Source: a virus (taxonomy: Duplodnaviria > Caudoviricetes). Taken from it: a stretch of DNA of 56,543 nucleotides. The position numbers and the translations under genes were made by a program. The stretch is from the IMG/VR virus record IMGVR_UViG_3300046002_002936, positions 1-56,543 of that record; one strand, 5' to 3'. Numbering within the stretch: position 1 is the stretch's first letter; every line of letters starts with the position of its first letter. Under the pieces are notes generated by a model. That model was not told where the DNA came from and searched no databases. It saw only the letters and a list, made by a program, of their open reading frames with translations. Positions 1 to 10,002 of the stretch are shown here, piece by piece.

Positions 1-129
1 GCGTCAACGGTTACTCGATCCGCGACGGCGCGGCCAAGGCGGCTGCCACCAAGGCATTTAGGGCCGCAGAGGGCCAGCGCATAGTTTTACAGGGGCAATT
101 AGATGTGGTGTCGGCGAAGTATGAGAAAG
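1..129. repeat. Terminal direct repeat, copy 1 (circular assembly overlap)
   Basis: 1-129 matches 56415-56543 except position 3 (G vs C at 56417). Confidence 0.95.
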
Positions 130-341
130 AGCGTGAGCGCGCCTCCCGCGTGGCTGTGGAGCGTCACAACACCATCAGGGAGTTCTACCGCACGGCTCCT
201 CCAGTGGACCCTGCTTGCGCTGTTCCTGAGCGTATGTACGGCCTGCTCGCCAACTCTGTTCGGGACGCAAATGTTGCCGCCTCCGGCGAACCTAGCGGCC
301 CCGTGCTCAAGCCTGCCAGCACCGCCTCAGCCCGCTATTGA
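1..341 (+). CDS. Rz: Rz-like inner-membrane spanin, 3' part (gene starts at 56360 and wraps the junction)
   Basis: Frame continuous with ATG 56360 across the overlap; N-terminal TM segment then helical region; follows endolysin and holin; overlapped by a lipoprotein ORF. Confidence 0.7.
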   Translation, partial: VNGYSIRDGAAKAAATKAFRAAEGQRIVLQGQLDVVSAKYEKERERASRVAVERHNTIREFYRTAPPVDPACAVPERMYGLLANSVRDANVAASGEPSGPVLKPASTASARY

Positions 342-456
342 TCCAGATCGCCTCATTTGGGAGATCGATGTAGTTAGCAAATATGAGAACTGCGCCACCC
401 GCCATCGCATGGCGATTGATGCGTGGAAGGCTGCTGCGGAACCAAAGAAAAAGTGA
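103..456 (+). CDS. Rz1: Rz1-like outer-membrane spanin lipoprotein (start uncertain)
   Basis: Hydrophobic stretch plus lipobox-like LSVCTAC, Pro-rich PPPANLAAPC, overlaps Rz in another frame. Confidence 0.7.
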   Translation: MWCRRSMRKSVSAPPAWLWSVTTPSGSSTARLLQWTLLALFLSVCTACSPTLFGTQMLPPPANLAAPCSSLPAPPQPAIDPDRLIWEIDVVSKYENCATRHRMAIDAWKAAAEPKKK

Positions 457-467
457 TAGGATAGGCC

Positions 468-1121
468 ATGGCCACGACGACCACATTCACGACGCTAAAA
501 GAAGATGTGCAACGCTACCTTGAGCGCGGCGCGACCTATGCGTCTGACCCCGTGGTCTGGGAGCAAATCCCGCGCCTCATCAATCTAGCCGAACGTCGGA
601 TCGCGCGCGAGCTTAAGGTCGAGGGCTTCGTCAACGTCGTCACCGGAACTTTCCAAGCGGGCGTGGATGTGTACGCCAAGCCCGACCGCTGGCGCGACAC
701 GGTGTCCATGAGCATCGGCACCGGGGCGGCCAACAACACCCGCACGCAGCTTTTCACGCGCAGCTATGAGTACATGCGCGCCTACTGGCCGGACAACACG
801 CTGACGGGCCAGCCTGCCTTCTACGGCGAGTATGACTACACCCACTGGCTGATCGTCCCCGCGCCCGACGCTGACTATCCGTTTGAAGTGCTGTATTACG
901 AACTGCCGCCGCTTCTGGACGAGGCCGTGCAGAGCAACTGGCTCACCGAGTATGCTCCGCAGTTGCTGCTGTACGGCACACTGCTCGAGGCCACGTCCTT
1001 CCTCAAAAATGACGAGCGCATCGCGGTATGGCAGACGCAGTACGACCGCGCCGCACAAATGCTCAATGGCGAAGACCTCGCTAAAATTCTCGACCGTTCA
1101 GCCGCACGCAAGGAAACCTAG
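468..1121 (+). CDS. Head-tail adaptor/connector-like virion protein
   Basis: IPRLINLAERRIAREL and NWLTEYAPQLLLYGTLLEA resemble phage adaptor proteins; lies next to tail genes. Confidence 0.6.
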   Translation: MATTTTFTTLKEDVQRYLERGATYASDPVVWEQIPRLINLAERRIARELKVEGFVNVVTGTFQAGVDVYAKPDRWRDTVSMSIGTGAANNTRTQLFTRSYEYMRAYWPDNTLTGQPAFYGEYDYTHWLIVPAPDADYPFEVLYYELPPLLDEAVQSNWLTEYAPQLLLYGTLLEATSFLKNDERIAVWQTQYDRAAQMLNGEDLAKILDRSAARKET

Positions 1122-1124
1122 GTC

Positions 1125-4100
1125 ATGTCATTTACACAAGTCTTCGGTGGCACGACCATCTACCCATCCGACGTGTCCTATCGCGCCTTGGCGCTGACGA
1201 CAGACACGACCCTGACGTGGCCGCTGGAGACCAACAGCGGAAGCTCTGTGCTCGCCAGCATTATCGACATCACGCCCACCGGGGCGTACTCGATCTTCAT
1301 GCCCGACGCCACGCTCACCAGCGTCGGCCAGACGGTTTTGTTCAACAACCTCGGCCCCAGCACCGTCACGATCAAAGACAGCGCGGGCGCGACCCTGCTG
1401 TCGTTGGCGGCGGGCGAGGTCTGGCAAATCTACCTCACAGACAACACCACAACAGCCGGATCGTGGCGCTCGTTTAAGTACGGCGCGACCACGGCGCAGG
1501 CTCAAGCCTCCCTGCTGGCCGGGTACGGCCTCGTGGCCATCGGCTCGACCTTGGCGCAGTCCAGCAGCATCACGACCCTCGCCGTCAACTACACAATCGG
1601 CGACGCGGATCGCGCCAAGACCTTCGTGTGGACGGGTGGTCTCGGCACACTTACGCTGCCCGTGGCCGCCACGGTCGGCAACAACTGGTTTGTAAACATC
1701 CGCAACGGCGGCACGGGCGATCTGGTCATTGACCCGTCCGGCGCTGAGATCATCAACGGTGCCTTGACCCTCAACCTGTCCCCCGGCGACAGCGCCGTGA
1801 TCGTCACGGACGGCACGAGCTGGTACACCATCGGCCTCGGCCAGCAGGCCGTGTTTGCCTTCGACTACACGACGATCAGCCTCACCGGCCTGTCGGGCAC
1901 CTACACCCTGTCGGGCAGCGAGCTTAACCGCATCTCGTACAAGTTCACAGGCACGTTGACGGGCAACATCCTGATCATTGTACCTTCTACGGTGCAACAG
2001 TATTGGATCGACAACAGCACCTCGGGCAGCGCGTTCACACTCAACGTGTCCACCCTCGGCGGAACGCCGGTATCCATTGCCCAGAACCTGCGCGCAATCT
2101 ACTACTGCAACGGCTCCAACGTCATCAAGGCCGACACGACCTCTGGCGTCGCCACACCCATTGCCATCATCGACGGTGGTACGGGCGCAACGTCCGCCCC
2201 GGCGGCCCTGATCAACCTCGGCGGCACGGCAGTCGGCACGGCGGTATTCACCGCCACATCGCCCGTCACGGGGCGTCTGGCGCTACTCGCAGCGGCCTCG
2301 GGGGCCAACAGCGACATCACTAGCCTTAGCGGCCTGACGACGCCCCTCAGCCCCGCGCAGGGCGGCACAGGCATCACCAGCCTCGGTACGGGCGTGGCCA
2401 CGGCTCTGGGCATCAATGTCGGCACGGCTGGGTCGTTCACGGTCAATGGCGGCGTCGGCTCCTTCACCTCTCTCGCCTACACCACGACCCTCACAGGCGG
2501 CACGGGCATCGTCAACCTCGGCAGCGGGCAGTTCTATAAGGACGCTAGCGGCAATGTGGGGATTGGCTCCGCATCCCCATCCACCTACGGCAAGCTAGCC
2601 GTCGTCGGCACTGGAACAGTAACCGCAAATATCGTTGGCGATAGCACGTCCGAAACGCAACTTAAATTCTTTACGAACACTGGCGCTCGCATCAGCAACC
2701 AAGCCAGCCAGCCTTTGATGTTTGATACGGGTAACGTTGAGCGTATGCGCCTCACCGCCGCTGGCCTTCTAGGTGTTGGGACAAATGTGCCCGCCACTCA
2801 GCTAGACGTTCGAAACGGCGATATTACTTTGTCCCGTACCGCCGCCGCCACGGCGGGTGATGCGGCCCTTAACTTCGGCAACGGCGGCACCGCTTATATC
2901 TTCGCGGGTAACACCTCAAACATCATGGCCTTCGCGGTCAGTAGCTCTGAGCGCATGCGCATCGACGCCAGCGGCAACGTGGGGATTGGGACGAGTTCGC
3001 CAAGCACCTACGGCAAGTTGGCCGTAATCGGAAACATCGGCGCGAGCAACTATTATATTTCAGATCAGTCTACCACTGCTTCTGGCGCGTTTGGTTTTTC
3101 TAACGCCAATGGTCCCGCCATTGAGATGTATGGTTCTGCGTCTGGTGGGGCAGGCGGAATGCTGCTTAAAACGGCAAACACTGAGCGCATGCGCATCGAC
3201 GCCAGCGGCAATGTGGGGATTGGAGCCTCTATACCAAAAAGCCGTCTCCAAAGCTCTGCGGGGACATCGCTAAACGCGCCAGTCTTAGGTAGCGCGACCA
3301 ATGCGCCTTTTTATCTCTCTAACAGCGATCCGGCTTATGGGGTTCTTTTCGGCACCAATTCGGCTGACGGTCACGGCTGGATACAGGCCCAGCGCACTGA
3401 CGGCGCGGCAACCGCTTACAACCTCACTTTGAACGAGGCTGGCGGCAGTGTGGGTGTCGGCACTACTACGCCAGAATACAAACTCCACGTTGCCAACGGC
3501 TACACCGGAATTGGCGGCTTTAACACGGTAGCCTTAGCCCCATCATCGGCGGTAGGTGTAGCGGCTTTTTCTTGGAATAGGTCTTCTGGCAACGGCGAAA
3601 CCAACATTGCCAACACCTTTAATGGCGCGACTTCAAGTTTTGAGTTTCTTCAAAAGACTGGCGCAAGCACCGCCAACGTCTTGTATCAAATGTCGTCAAC
3701 GTCCCATCTTTTCTACACCGCCAATACCGAAAAGATGCGCATCGACAATTCGGGCAACGTCGGGATTGGTTTAACGGCCCCAGCCTATAACCTTCACGTT
3801 CGAAACGCTAGCGGCAACTCCTACATCGCAAGTCAGTACGGCACCGGCACAATTGGTTATATGCTGTCTGCAAGCAATGAAGTGCAGTTTCGAGCCTTTA
3901 ACGGCACTAACGATGTGATGACATTCATCACGGGTGCGTCTGAGCGTATGCGTATCACCTCTGCGGGTGACGTCGGGATTGGAACTTCCACCCCCAACTA
4001 CAAGCTGCAAGCGGTGGGTTTAGTTTCCTCCTTTACCTACGCTCAGGCCGGATATCACCTGTACAATAATGGGTCCGTTTCCGAGTGGTTCATGGGGCAA

Positions 4101-4841
4101 CGCAGTGCCGCCAATCACTCTCTGTCGTTCTCAACGCTTATAGCTTCGACCTATACCGACCGCATGGTGATCGACACTAGCGGCAACGTCGGGATTGGAA
4201 CCACCGGCACCTACCAGCTTCAGGTAAAGGGAACGGGCCAAGAAACCGCTGCCCTTACCGACGCTGGCCTTAAGGGTGGTTCGCTTTACCTTCAAGGCAC
4301 TGCGGTTGGGGCGGGTTCTGGCGGCGCGGTTCTGTTTGGCACGACCTTCGCCAACTCCACACCGTTTGCGGCTATCAAGGGCTTCGTGGAAGACGGCACC
4401 ACCAACACGGTAGGCTCTCTACGCTTCAGCACCAGAAACGCCATAGCGGACACCGCGCTTACAGAACGCGCCAAACTTACTATTGGCGGCGATTTCCTTC
4501 TCACAAGCAGCGGCGGTCTAGGCTACGGCACAGGCTCCGGAGGCGCGGTCACGCAGCTTACCAGTCGAACCACGGGCGTCACGCTCAACAAGACCAACGG
4601 CGCGATCACGATGTTCTCGGCGGCGGGTAACGCCTCCCCGCAGACCTTTGTGGTGACCAACTCAACTGTGGCAATTTCAGATGTCGTAGTGGTCTCTGTT
4701 AGGTCTTCGACCAACGTCTATTCGGTGTCCTGTATCTCCACGTCGGCGGGCGCTTTTGCCATCTGCTTCTACTCTCTGAGCGGCACCGCCACCGACGCCC
4801 CCGTGATTAACTTCGCTGTGATCAAAGCAAGCGTGAGCTAG
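1125..4841 (+). CDS. Tail fibre / receptor-binding protein (1238 aa)
   Basis: Gly/Thr/Ser-rich; GGTG motifs; eight GNVGIG-like modules (ERMRIDASGNVGIG). Confidence 0.85.
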   Translation: MSFTQVFGGTTIYPSDVSYRALALTTDTTLTWPLETNSGSSVLASIIDITPTGAYSIFMPDATLTSVGQTVLFNNLGPSTVTIKDSAGATLLSLAAGEVWQIYLTDNTTTAGSWRSFKYGATTAQAQASLLAGYGLVAIGSTLAQSSSITTLAVNYTIGDADRAKTFVWTGGLGTLTLPVAATVGNNWFVNIRNGGTGDLVIDPSGAEIINGALTLNLSPGDSAVIVTDGTSWYTIGLGQQAVFAFDYTTISLTGLSGTYTLSGSELNRISYKFTGTLTGNILIIVPSTVQQYWIDNSTSGSAFTLNVSTLGGTPVSIAQNLRAIYYCNGSNVIKADTTSGVATPIAIIDGGTGATSAPAALINLGGTAVGTAVFTATSPVTGRLALLAAASGANSDITSLSGLTTPLSPAQGGTGITSLGTGVATALGINVGTAGSFTVNGGVGSFTSLAYTTTLTGGTGIVNLGSGQFYKDASGNVGIGSASPSTYGKLAVVGTGTVTANIVGDSTSETQLKFFTNTGARISNQASQPLMFDTGNVERMRLTAAGLLGVGTNVPATQLDVRNGDITLSRTAAATAGDAALNFGNGGTAYIFAGNTSNIMAFAVSSSERMRIDASGNVGIGTSSPSTYGKLAVIGNIGASNYYISDQSTTASGAFGFSNANGPAIEMYGSASGGAGGMLLKTANTERMRIDASGNVGIGASIPKSRLQSSAGTSLNAPVLGSATNAPFYLSNSDPAYGVLFGTNSADGHGWIQAQRTDGAATAYNLTLNEAGGSVGVGTTTPEYKLHVANGYTGIGGFNTVALAPSSAVGVAAFSWNRSSGNGETNIANTFNGATSSFEFLQKTGASTANVLYQMSSTSHLFYTANTEKMRIDNSGNVGIGLTAPAYNLHVRNASGNSYIASQYGTGTIGYMLSASNEVQFRAFNGTNDVMTFITGASERMRITSAGDVGIGTSTPNYKLQAVGLVSSFTYAQAGYHLYNNGSVSEWFMGQRSAANHSLSFSTLIASTYTDRMVIDTSGNVGIGTTGTYQLQVKGTGQETAALTDAGLKGGSLYLQGTAVGAGSGGAVLFGTTFANSTPFAAIKGFVEDGTTNTVGSLRFSTRNAIADTALTERAKLTIGGDFLLTSSGGLGYGTGSGGAVTQLTSRTTGVTLNKTNGAITMFSAAGNASPQTFVVTNSTVAISDVVVVSVRSSTNVYSVSCISTSAGAFAICFYSLSGTATDAPVINFAVIKASVS

Positions 4842-4843
4842 AA

Positions 4844-5464
4844 ATGAAACAAAAAATTTGCGGTCAATGCGGCAGTTTTTACTCGAAGCGATATACAGAA
4901 CCAAAACTTATGTGGGATGGTAGAAAGTATTGTTCTCGTCAGTGTGTATGGGACGCCAAGAAGGGAAAGAAACACTCACCGGAGCACATTGAAAAATTGC
5001 GCTTAACCTCAACAGGAAGAAGGCACACACCGGAAGCTATTGCCAAGCTGAAGGGTGAAAACTGCCATCTATGGCGCGGTGGGAAACCGAAGTGCATTGA
5101 TTGTGGGAAACCCGTAACAAACATTTACGCAAAGCGTTGCTTCCCTTGCTATGCCAAACAAGCCTCTGGTGAAAATGCTTCAAACTGGAAAGGGGGTATT
5201 ACGCCAGCTAACGCCAAGATCAGAAACTCAAAGCTGACTGTGGAGTGGCGTAAGGCTGTATTTGAGCGCGACAACCATACCTGTCAGATGTGCAAAGCGC
5301 GTGGCGGGTTGCTTCATGCTCATCACGTCAAACCCTTTGCAAAACATCCTGAGTTTCGATTTGATATCGACAACGGGCAGACGCTCTGCAAACCGTGCCA
5401 CAAAGCAGTTCACTCAAGAGCCTATGTGAAACAAAACGCCGTCATCGAGGCTGTGACCGCATAA
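4844..5464 (+). CDS. HNH homing endonuclease with NUMOD3-like and Zn-finger segments
   Basis: WRKAVFERDNHTCQMC...HAHHVKPF...NGQTLCKPCH HNH signature; KKHSPEH/RRHTPEA NUMOD3-like repeats; AT-richer than flanks. Confidence 0.9.
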   Translation: MKQKICGQCGSFYSKRYTEPKLMWDGRKYCSRQCVWDAKKGKKHSPEHIEKLRLTSTGRRHTPEAIAKLKGENCHLWRGGKPKCIDCGKPVTNIYAKRCFPCYAKQASGENASNWKGGITPANAKIRNSKLTVEWRKAVFERDNHTCQMCKARGGLLHAHHVKPFAKHPEFRFDIDNGQTLCKPCHKAVHSRAYVKQNAVIEAVTA

Positions 5465-5477
5465 CTAGGAGCCACCC

Positions 5478-7106
5478 ATGGCCGAGAATATCGTCCGTAT
5501 CCAGTCGCTCCCCGGCATCAAGCGGGATGGCACACGCTTTGAAGGCGACCAGTATGTCGATGGGCAGTGGGTTCGCTTTCAACGTGGCTTACCTCGTAAA
5601 ATCGGTGGCTATCGATCAATTAGCAGGTATCTGTCCGAGGTCAGCCGCGCCCTAAACGCCTACACGAGCAATGACCTGACGTATGTCCACAGCGGATCGG
5701 CGTCAGTCATTGAGCGTTTCTTTATCGACAGCACGAACAACACCTCGGTGATCTCAGACCGCACCCCCACAAGTGGCTTCACGGCTGATGCCTTGAACAT
5801 GTGGCAGTTCGACGTGATGCACCCTTACGGCGTCGGCGAGACCACCAAGATAATCGCGCAGGTCGCTCCCAACCTCGGCTCTCTCGTAAGCTCGGCTGCG
5901 GGCACGCTCTTCTATGGCGACTTGACAGGCACCGCCCCGCTGGTTCCCATCGCGCTGCCCGTAGACGGCGTTGCCAATGGCGGCATTGTCGTCCTCGGCC
6001 CCTACCTGTTCTTCTTCGGATCGGCAGGATACGTCGGCTGGAGCGTGGCCGGATCAATCACCGATCTCAGCGGCACGGGCAGCGGGGCGCTCAACGTCAC
6101 GGGCCAAAAGATCGTGCAAGGCAAGGCCCTGCGCGGCGGCCCCGGCAACTCACCATCCGGCATCTTCTGGTCCGCAGACAGCGTCATCCGCACGTCTTTC
6201 GTGGGCGGAGACGCGGTCTTCCAGTTCGACACGATCTCGGCAGAAAGCTCCATCTTGGGGGCCAACACCGTCATTGAGTACGACGGCGTCTTCTACTGGA
6301 TCGGCACAGACCGCTTTCTGTCCTTCAACGGCGTCGTGCGAGAAGTTCCAAACACCCTGAACCTAAATTACTTCTTTGATGGTCTGAACATCGACCAGCG
6401 TCAGAAGGTCTTTGCCTTCAAGGTTCCGCGCTACGGCGAAATTTGGTGGTGCTATCCTCGCGATGACGCAACGGAATGCACCCACGCCATCATCTACAAT
6501 ATCCGAGAAAGCACTTGGTACGACTGCGAACTGCCCAACGGCGGGCGGTCGGCGGCGGCGTCCCCGTCCGTGTATCGATATCCCCTGATGACTGGGAACA
6601 TCCCCGATCAGATCGAGACTGGGACGCGCGTTACAGAGGCGGCTGACAAGCGCATCACCGAAGCTGGCGACACTCGCATCACCGAAGAGAGCGGCGATGA
6701 TGTGTACAAGCTGTGGCTTCACGAGATCGGAACAGACGAGATCGACGGCCTGAACGTGCAGCCCGTGCTGTCATACTTTGAGACCGCAGACATTTCGCTG
6801 CCTGTTCAGCAGCAGATCAACAGGGCCATGCAAGTCCTTCTAATCGAGCCTGACTTCGTGCAGGTTGGTGACATGACGCTGGAAGTTCATGGCCGAGCCA
6901 ACGCTCGGTCTCCGGAGGTCGAGAGCGGCCCGCACACCTTCCCGGCTTTGCAAGACATCGTCACGCCGCAGGAGCAGGTCATTTACCTGAAGGAACAGCG
7001 CCGAGAGCTGCGGTTCAGGTTCACGTCCAATGCCTTGGGCGGCGACTATCAGATGGGCCTAATCCTCGCGCACCTACAGCCAGCAGACGGCACGGTGATC
7101 GGATGA
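5478..7106 (+). CDS. Tail nozzle / packaged-DNA stabilization-like protein
   Basis: 542 aa beta-rich; PGIKRDGT N-terminus, EIWWCYP...IYN motif typical of podoviral nozzle proteins; precedes ejection proteins. Confidence 0.6.
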   Translation: MAENIVRIQSLPGIKRDGTRFEGDQYVDGQWVRFQRGLPRKIGGYRSISRYLSEVSRALNAYTSNDLTYVHSGSASVIERFFIDSTNNTSVISDRTPTSGFTADALNMWQFDVMHPYGVGETTKIIAQVAPNLGSLVSSAAGTLFYGDLTGTAPLVPIALPVDGVANGGIVVLGPYLFFFGSAGYVGWSVAGSITDLSGTGSGALNVTGQKIVQGKALRGGPGNSPSGIFWSADSVIRTSFVGGDAVFQFDTISAESSILGANTVIEYDGVFYWIGTDRFLSFNGVVREVPNTLNLNYFFDGLNIDQRQKVFAFKVPRYGEIWWCYPRDDATECTHAIIYNIRESTWYDCELPNGGRSAAASPSVYRYPLMTGNIPDQIETGTRVTEAADKRITEAGDTRITEESGDDVYKLWLHEIGTDEIDGLNVQPVLSYFETADISLPVQQQINRAMQVLLIEPDFVQVGDMTLEVHGRANARSPEVESGPHTFPALQDIVTPQEQVIYLKEQRRELRFRFTSNALGGDYQMGLILAHLQPADGTVIG

Positions 7107-7333
7107 TTAACCCCGTCAATATGAGCTTATCAGATTGGGCAGACAGTGTTACACTGAGCATCAACGACGGGTGGTCCTTGGGGCGGCTTGACGACGAGAC
7201 GCGCTGGCAAGATTGGGCATTAGGTTTGCTTAAATCAGGAACTTTTAGCGCGCAGACCCTTCCTGACCCCTACCAATTCTCCGACTGGAAAGACTGGGCA
7301 ATGCGCGTTTACCCCATGCTAGAGGCAAACTGA
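7103..7333 (+). CDS. Small Trp-rich virion-associated hypothetical protein
   Basis: ATGA overlap with upstream gene; PDPYQFSDWKDWA. Confidence 0.65.
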   Translation: MINPVNMSLSDWADSVTLSINDGWSLGRLDDETRWQDWALGLLKSGTFSAQTLPDPYQFSDWKDWAMRVYPMLEAN

Positions 7334-10002
7334 TGCGAGGCCGCCGTTTTGAAGAGAACGACTTTGAAGCACTGCCCGTTGAGAGCGACTACGTGTCGCC
7401 CTTCTCCGTTCAGCCTGCCTATGAGGCTCCCATGCCTATGGACGGCGCATACAGCCTACCTCCGGCAGTCCTCGCCCAACTAGCCGATCTGGGGATAACC
7501 CCCGAAGAGGTGGCTCAGTACGTGGCGGAGGTTGCCCCCATGGCCGCCGAGCCTGCTGCCGCCTCGCCCTTGGCCGTTCAAGCTCCAGAGCCTCAGTACG
7601 TCGAGCCTGTGGCGGCCTCGCCACTTGCCGTGCAGACCCCTGCTGCCGCGCAGTACGTTGAGCCTGTGGCGGCCCCGGTTGCGTCCGAAATTCCGCAGCG
7701 TTTAAACCGCCGCTTTGAAGACGACTTTGCAGCACTCCCGGCTGAGAGCAATTACGTGTCGCCATTGGCGGTGCAGGCCCCCGCCGTGGCGCAGTACGTT
7801 GAGCCTGTGGCCGCCCCTTCACCGCTGGCTGTTCAGCCTGCCGCTGCTCAGTACGTTGAGCCTGACCAAGCCGTCCGCGCCGACGACAGCCGCATGCCCG
7901 GACCAGAAGCGGTGTCTCCGTTTGCCGTTCAGCCCGCCGCCGTTGAGGCCCAAGCGGCTTCGCCTCTGGCCGTTCAGCCCGTAAGCCCCGAAGTGAACCC
8001 CGCTGAGGTATCGCCTCTGGCCGTTCAGGGTCCTGCGGCGGCGCAGCCTGATTTGTCTCAGTTTCAAAACTTTAACCCCCTCGATGGTGCCGATTTCAGC
8101 GGCGCGTTCGGCGGGTCCGGGAGTGCGTCTTCACTGCAAAGCGCACCCACGTCCTTTGCCTTCCCCGAGAACTACGGCAACCCGAAGAACAAAATCTACA
8201 ATCTGACCGCCAACCCAGACGACGCAGTCCGCCTTAAGCTCGTTGACGGAACGACGATCTTTGAGGGTCAAGGCCCCGAGGCTGCGGCCAAGGCTGCCGA
8301 GATTGTTCAGAAGCTGGGCAAAGAGTTCGGCACGCAGTCCACTTGGATTTTGGACAAGAAGCCTGCTGGCGGAGACTGGGCGCAGGTGTCTCAGGATACC
8401 GTGGGTGAGAAGAAGAAGACTGCGCTCAATTCATTCTTGGATGTGGCTGCGCCTATTGCTGGGGCACTCCTCGCAGTGGTTCCGGGTGTGGGCTTGCTTG
8501 CTGCCCCCGGACTATTGGGTGGCGCGGGCGCTGGACTAGGATTGAGCACCGCCACTGCTGGCGCTCTGGGGGCCGGTGCCGGGTCGCTGCTCAACAGCGG
8601 CCTTCAGAACCAGAACTCGGCGGAGGCTTTTAAGAAGGCGGCCATCGCTGCGGGGACCACGTTCCTTGGCGCTAAGGTTGGTGATGCGCTTAGTGGCGGC
8701 ATTTCTGCGTCTAGCGTGGACCCAACGTCGGCTGTTGGTATTCGAAATCTGGCAAGCAAGGGCCTTTCCCCCGAGCAGATTTTACAACAAGGATTAAAAC
8801 TTGATCCGCTTATGAAGTTGGCGGACGTGACGGGCGCTCTTGCAACAAGCGCGGGTACGTCAGCGGTTGGTGGTGCGGCAGACCTTATCGTTAAAGGTCT
8901 GACCACGGGAGCTGGCACAGCCGGTGCAGTTGTCGGCGGAGCTACCGGGGCGGGTCTGGCTGGGGCTGGTGGCCTTGCCTCTGGCACGAGCGGCGTGACC
9001 AACGCGGCCACCAACACCCAGTCGGGTCTTGACGCTGCCGCAGACGACGCGGCAACCAACACCGTTCAAGTCGCGGGTACTGGGACACCTGTTGACACAA
9101 ACGTGGGCCTAGAGATCGCTGGTGGACTTGGCGGCAATGGGATCACCAGTGGTGTCAACACCGACTTTAAAGTTGATACCGGCAAGAATGACGCCGAGCT
9201 TGAAGTTGAGGCTCAAGAGCTACAAGAGCCAAAAGACCTTCGTGTTGCGGGACCCGTTACACAAGCTTCACTTAACGACGCGCTAATCAACGGCCTCCCC
9301 GATCTTACTGTAACCGCAAGCCCAACAACGCAAGTCAAAACCGAGCCGCTACAAGCGCCCGATGCAAAGCTTGACCCCTTAACTGCGGGCTTAAACGGTC
9401 TTTTGGGTGAGCCAACAGTCAAAACCCCTGCCCAAAAAGCCCAAGACTGGGTCAAGGCTAATCCCCTAGAGGCGGCAGCACTCGGCCTATCCCTCTTCGG
9501 CGGCGCTGCGTCTGGTGGATCGGGCACGTCCGGATCGGGCGTCAACACCCTGTCCTACGCACCCGGCAAGCAACCCGGCACACCCGGATCGCTGGGCAGC
9601 ATCTTCAGCTCAAAGCTTCCCGCTGCCACGGGATCGGCTCTAGCCGTAACACCCCGAGACATGGGCCAGCGAGACTGGCTTCGCTACGGCATGGGCCCAG
9701 AGGCGTCGTTCTTTAGCAACGTGCCTCAGCAGCCCGCCAAGATGGCCAAGGGCGGCTTCGCCGTTCGCGGCGCAGGCACTGGCCGCAGCGATGACATCCC
9801 TGCCGTCCTGAGCGACGGTGAGTACGTGATGGACGCAGAGACCGTGGCCATGCTTGGCGACGGATCAAACAAGGCCGGTGCTGAGAAGCTCGACCAACTT
9901 CGTGTTAACCTGCGCCGTCACAAGGGCGCTAACTTGGCCAAGGGGCGCTTCAGCGTCAACGCCAAGTCCCCTGAAAAATACCTTACCGGAGGGCGCGTAT
10001 AA
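7333..10002 (+). CDS. Internal virion/ejection protein with SPLAVQ repeats and C-terminal GTGRSDDIPAVLSDGEYV domain
   Basis: Low-complexity N-terminus, Gly/Ala hydrophobic stretches, MAKGG...SDDIPAVLSDGEYV motif known from the ends of phage tape-measure/ejection proteins. Confidence 0.6.
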   Translation: MRGRRFEENDFEALPVESDYVSPFSVQPAYEAPMPMDGAYSLPPAVLAQLADLGITPEEVAQYVAEVAPMAAEPAAASPLAVQAPEPQYVEPVAASPLAVQTPAAAQYVEPVAAPVASEIPQRLNRRFEDDFAALPAESNYVSPLAVQAPAVAQYVEPVAAPSPLAVQPAAAQYVEPDQAVRADDSRMPGPEAVSPFAVQPAAVEAQAASPLAVQPVSPEVNPAEVSPLAVQGPAAAQPDLSQFQNFNPLDGADFSGAFGGSGSASSLQSAPTSFAFPENYGNPKNKIYNLTANPDDAVRLKLVDGTTIFEGQGPEAAAKAAEIVQKLGKEFGTQSTWILDKKPAGGDWAQVSQDTVGEKKKTALNSFLDVAAPIAGALLAVVPGVGLLAAPGLLGGAGAGLGLSTATAGALGAGAGSLLNSGLQNQNSAEAFKKAAIAAGTTFLGAKVGDALSGGISASSVDPTSAVGIRNLASKGLSPEQILQQGLKLDPLMKLADVTGALATSAGTSAVGGAADLIVKGLTTGAGTAGAVVGGATGAGLAGAGGLASGTSGVTNAATNTQSGLDAAADDAATNTVQVAGTGTPVDTNVGLEIAGGLGGNGITSGVNTDFKVDTGKNDAELEVEAQELQEPKDLRVAGPVTQASLNDALINGLPDLTVTASPTTQVKTEPLQAPDAKLDPLTAGLNGLLGEPTVKTPAQKAQDWVKANPLEAAALGLSLFGGAASGGSGTSGSGVNTLSYAPGKQPGTPGSLGSIFSSKLPAATGSALAVTPRDMGQRDWLRYGMGPEASFFSNVPQQPAKMAKGGFAVRGAGTGRSDDIPAVLSDGEYVMDAETVAMLGDGSNKAGAEKLDQLRVNLRRHKGANLAKGRFSVNAKSPEKYLTGGRV

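Noticed and set aside
1-129. Terminal repeat as a biological DTR
   Set aside because: Falls mid-gene and has k-mer-like length; more likely an assembly overlap
2947-3223. Tail-fibre repeats as a DGR template/variable repeat pair
   Set aside because: No reverse transcriptase; the difference is a synonymous C/T, not adenine-specific
4844-5464. HNH gene as part of a group I intron
   Set aside because: Flanking genes are intact and the spacers are only 2 and 13 bp
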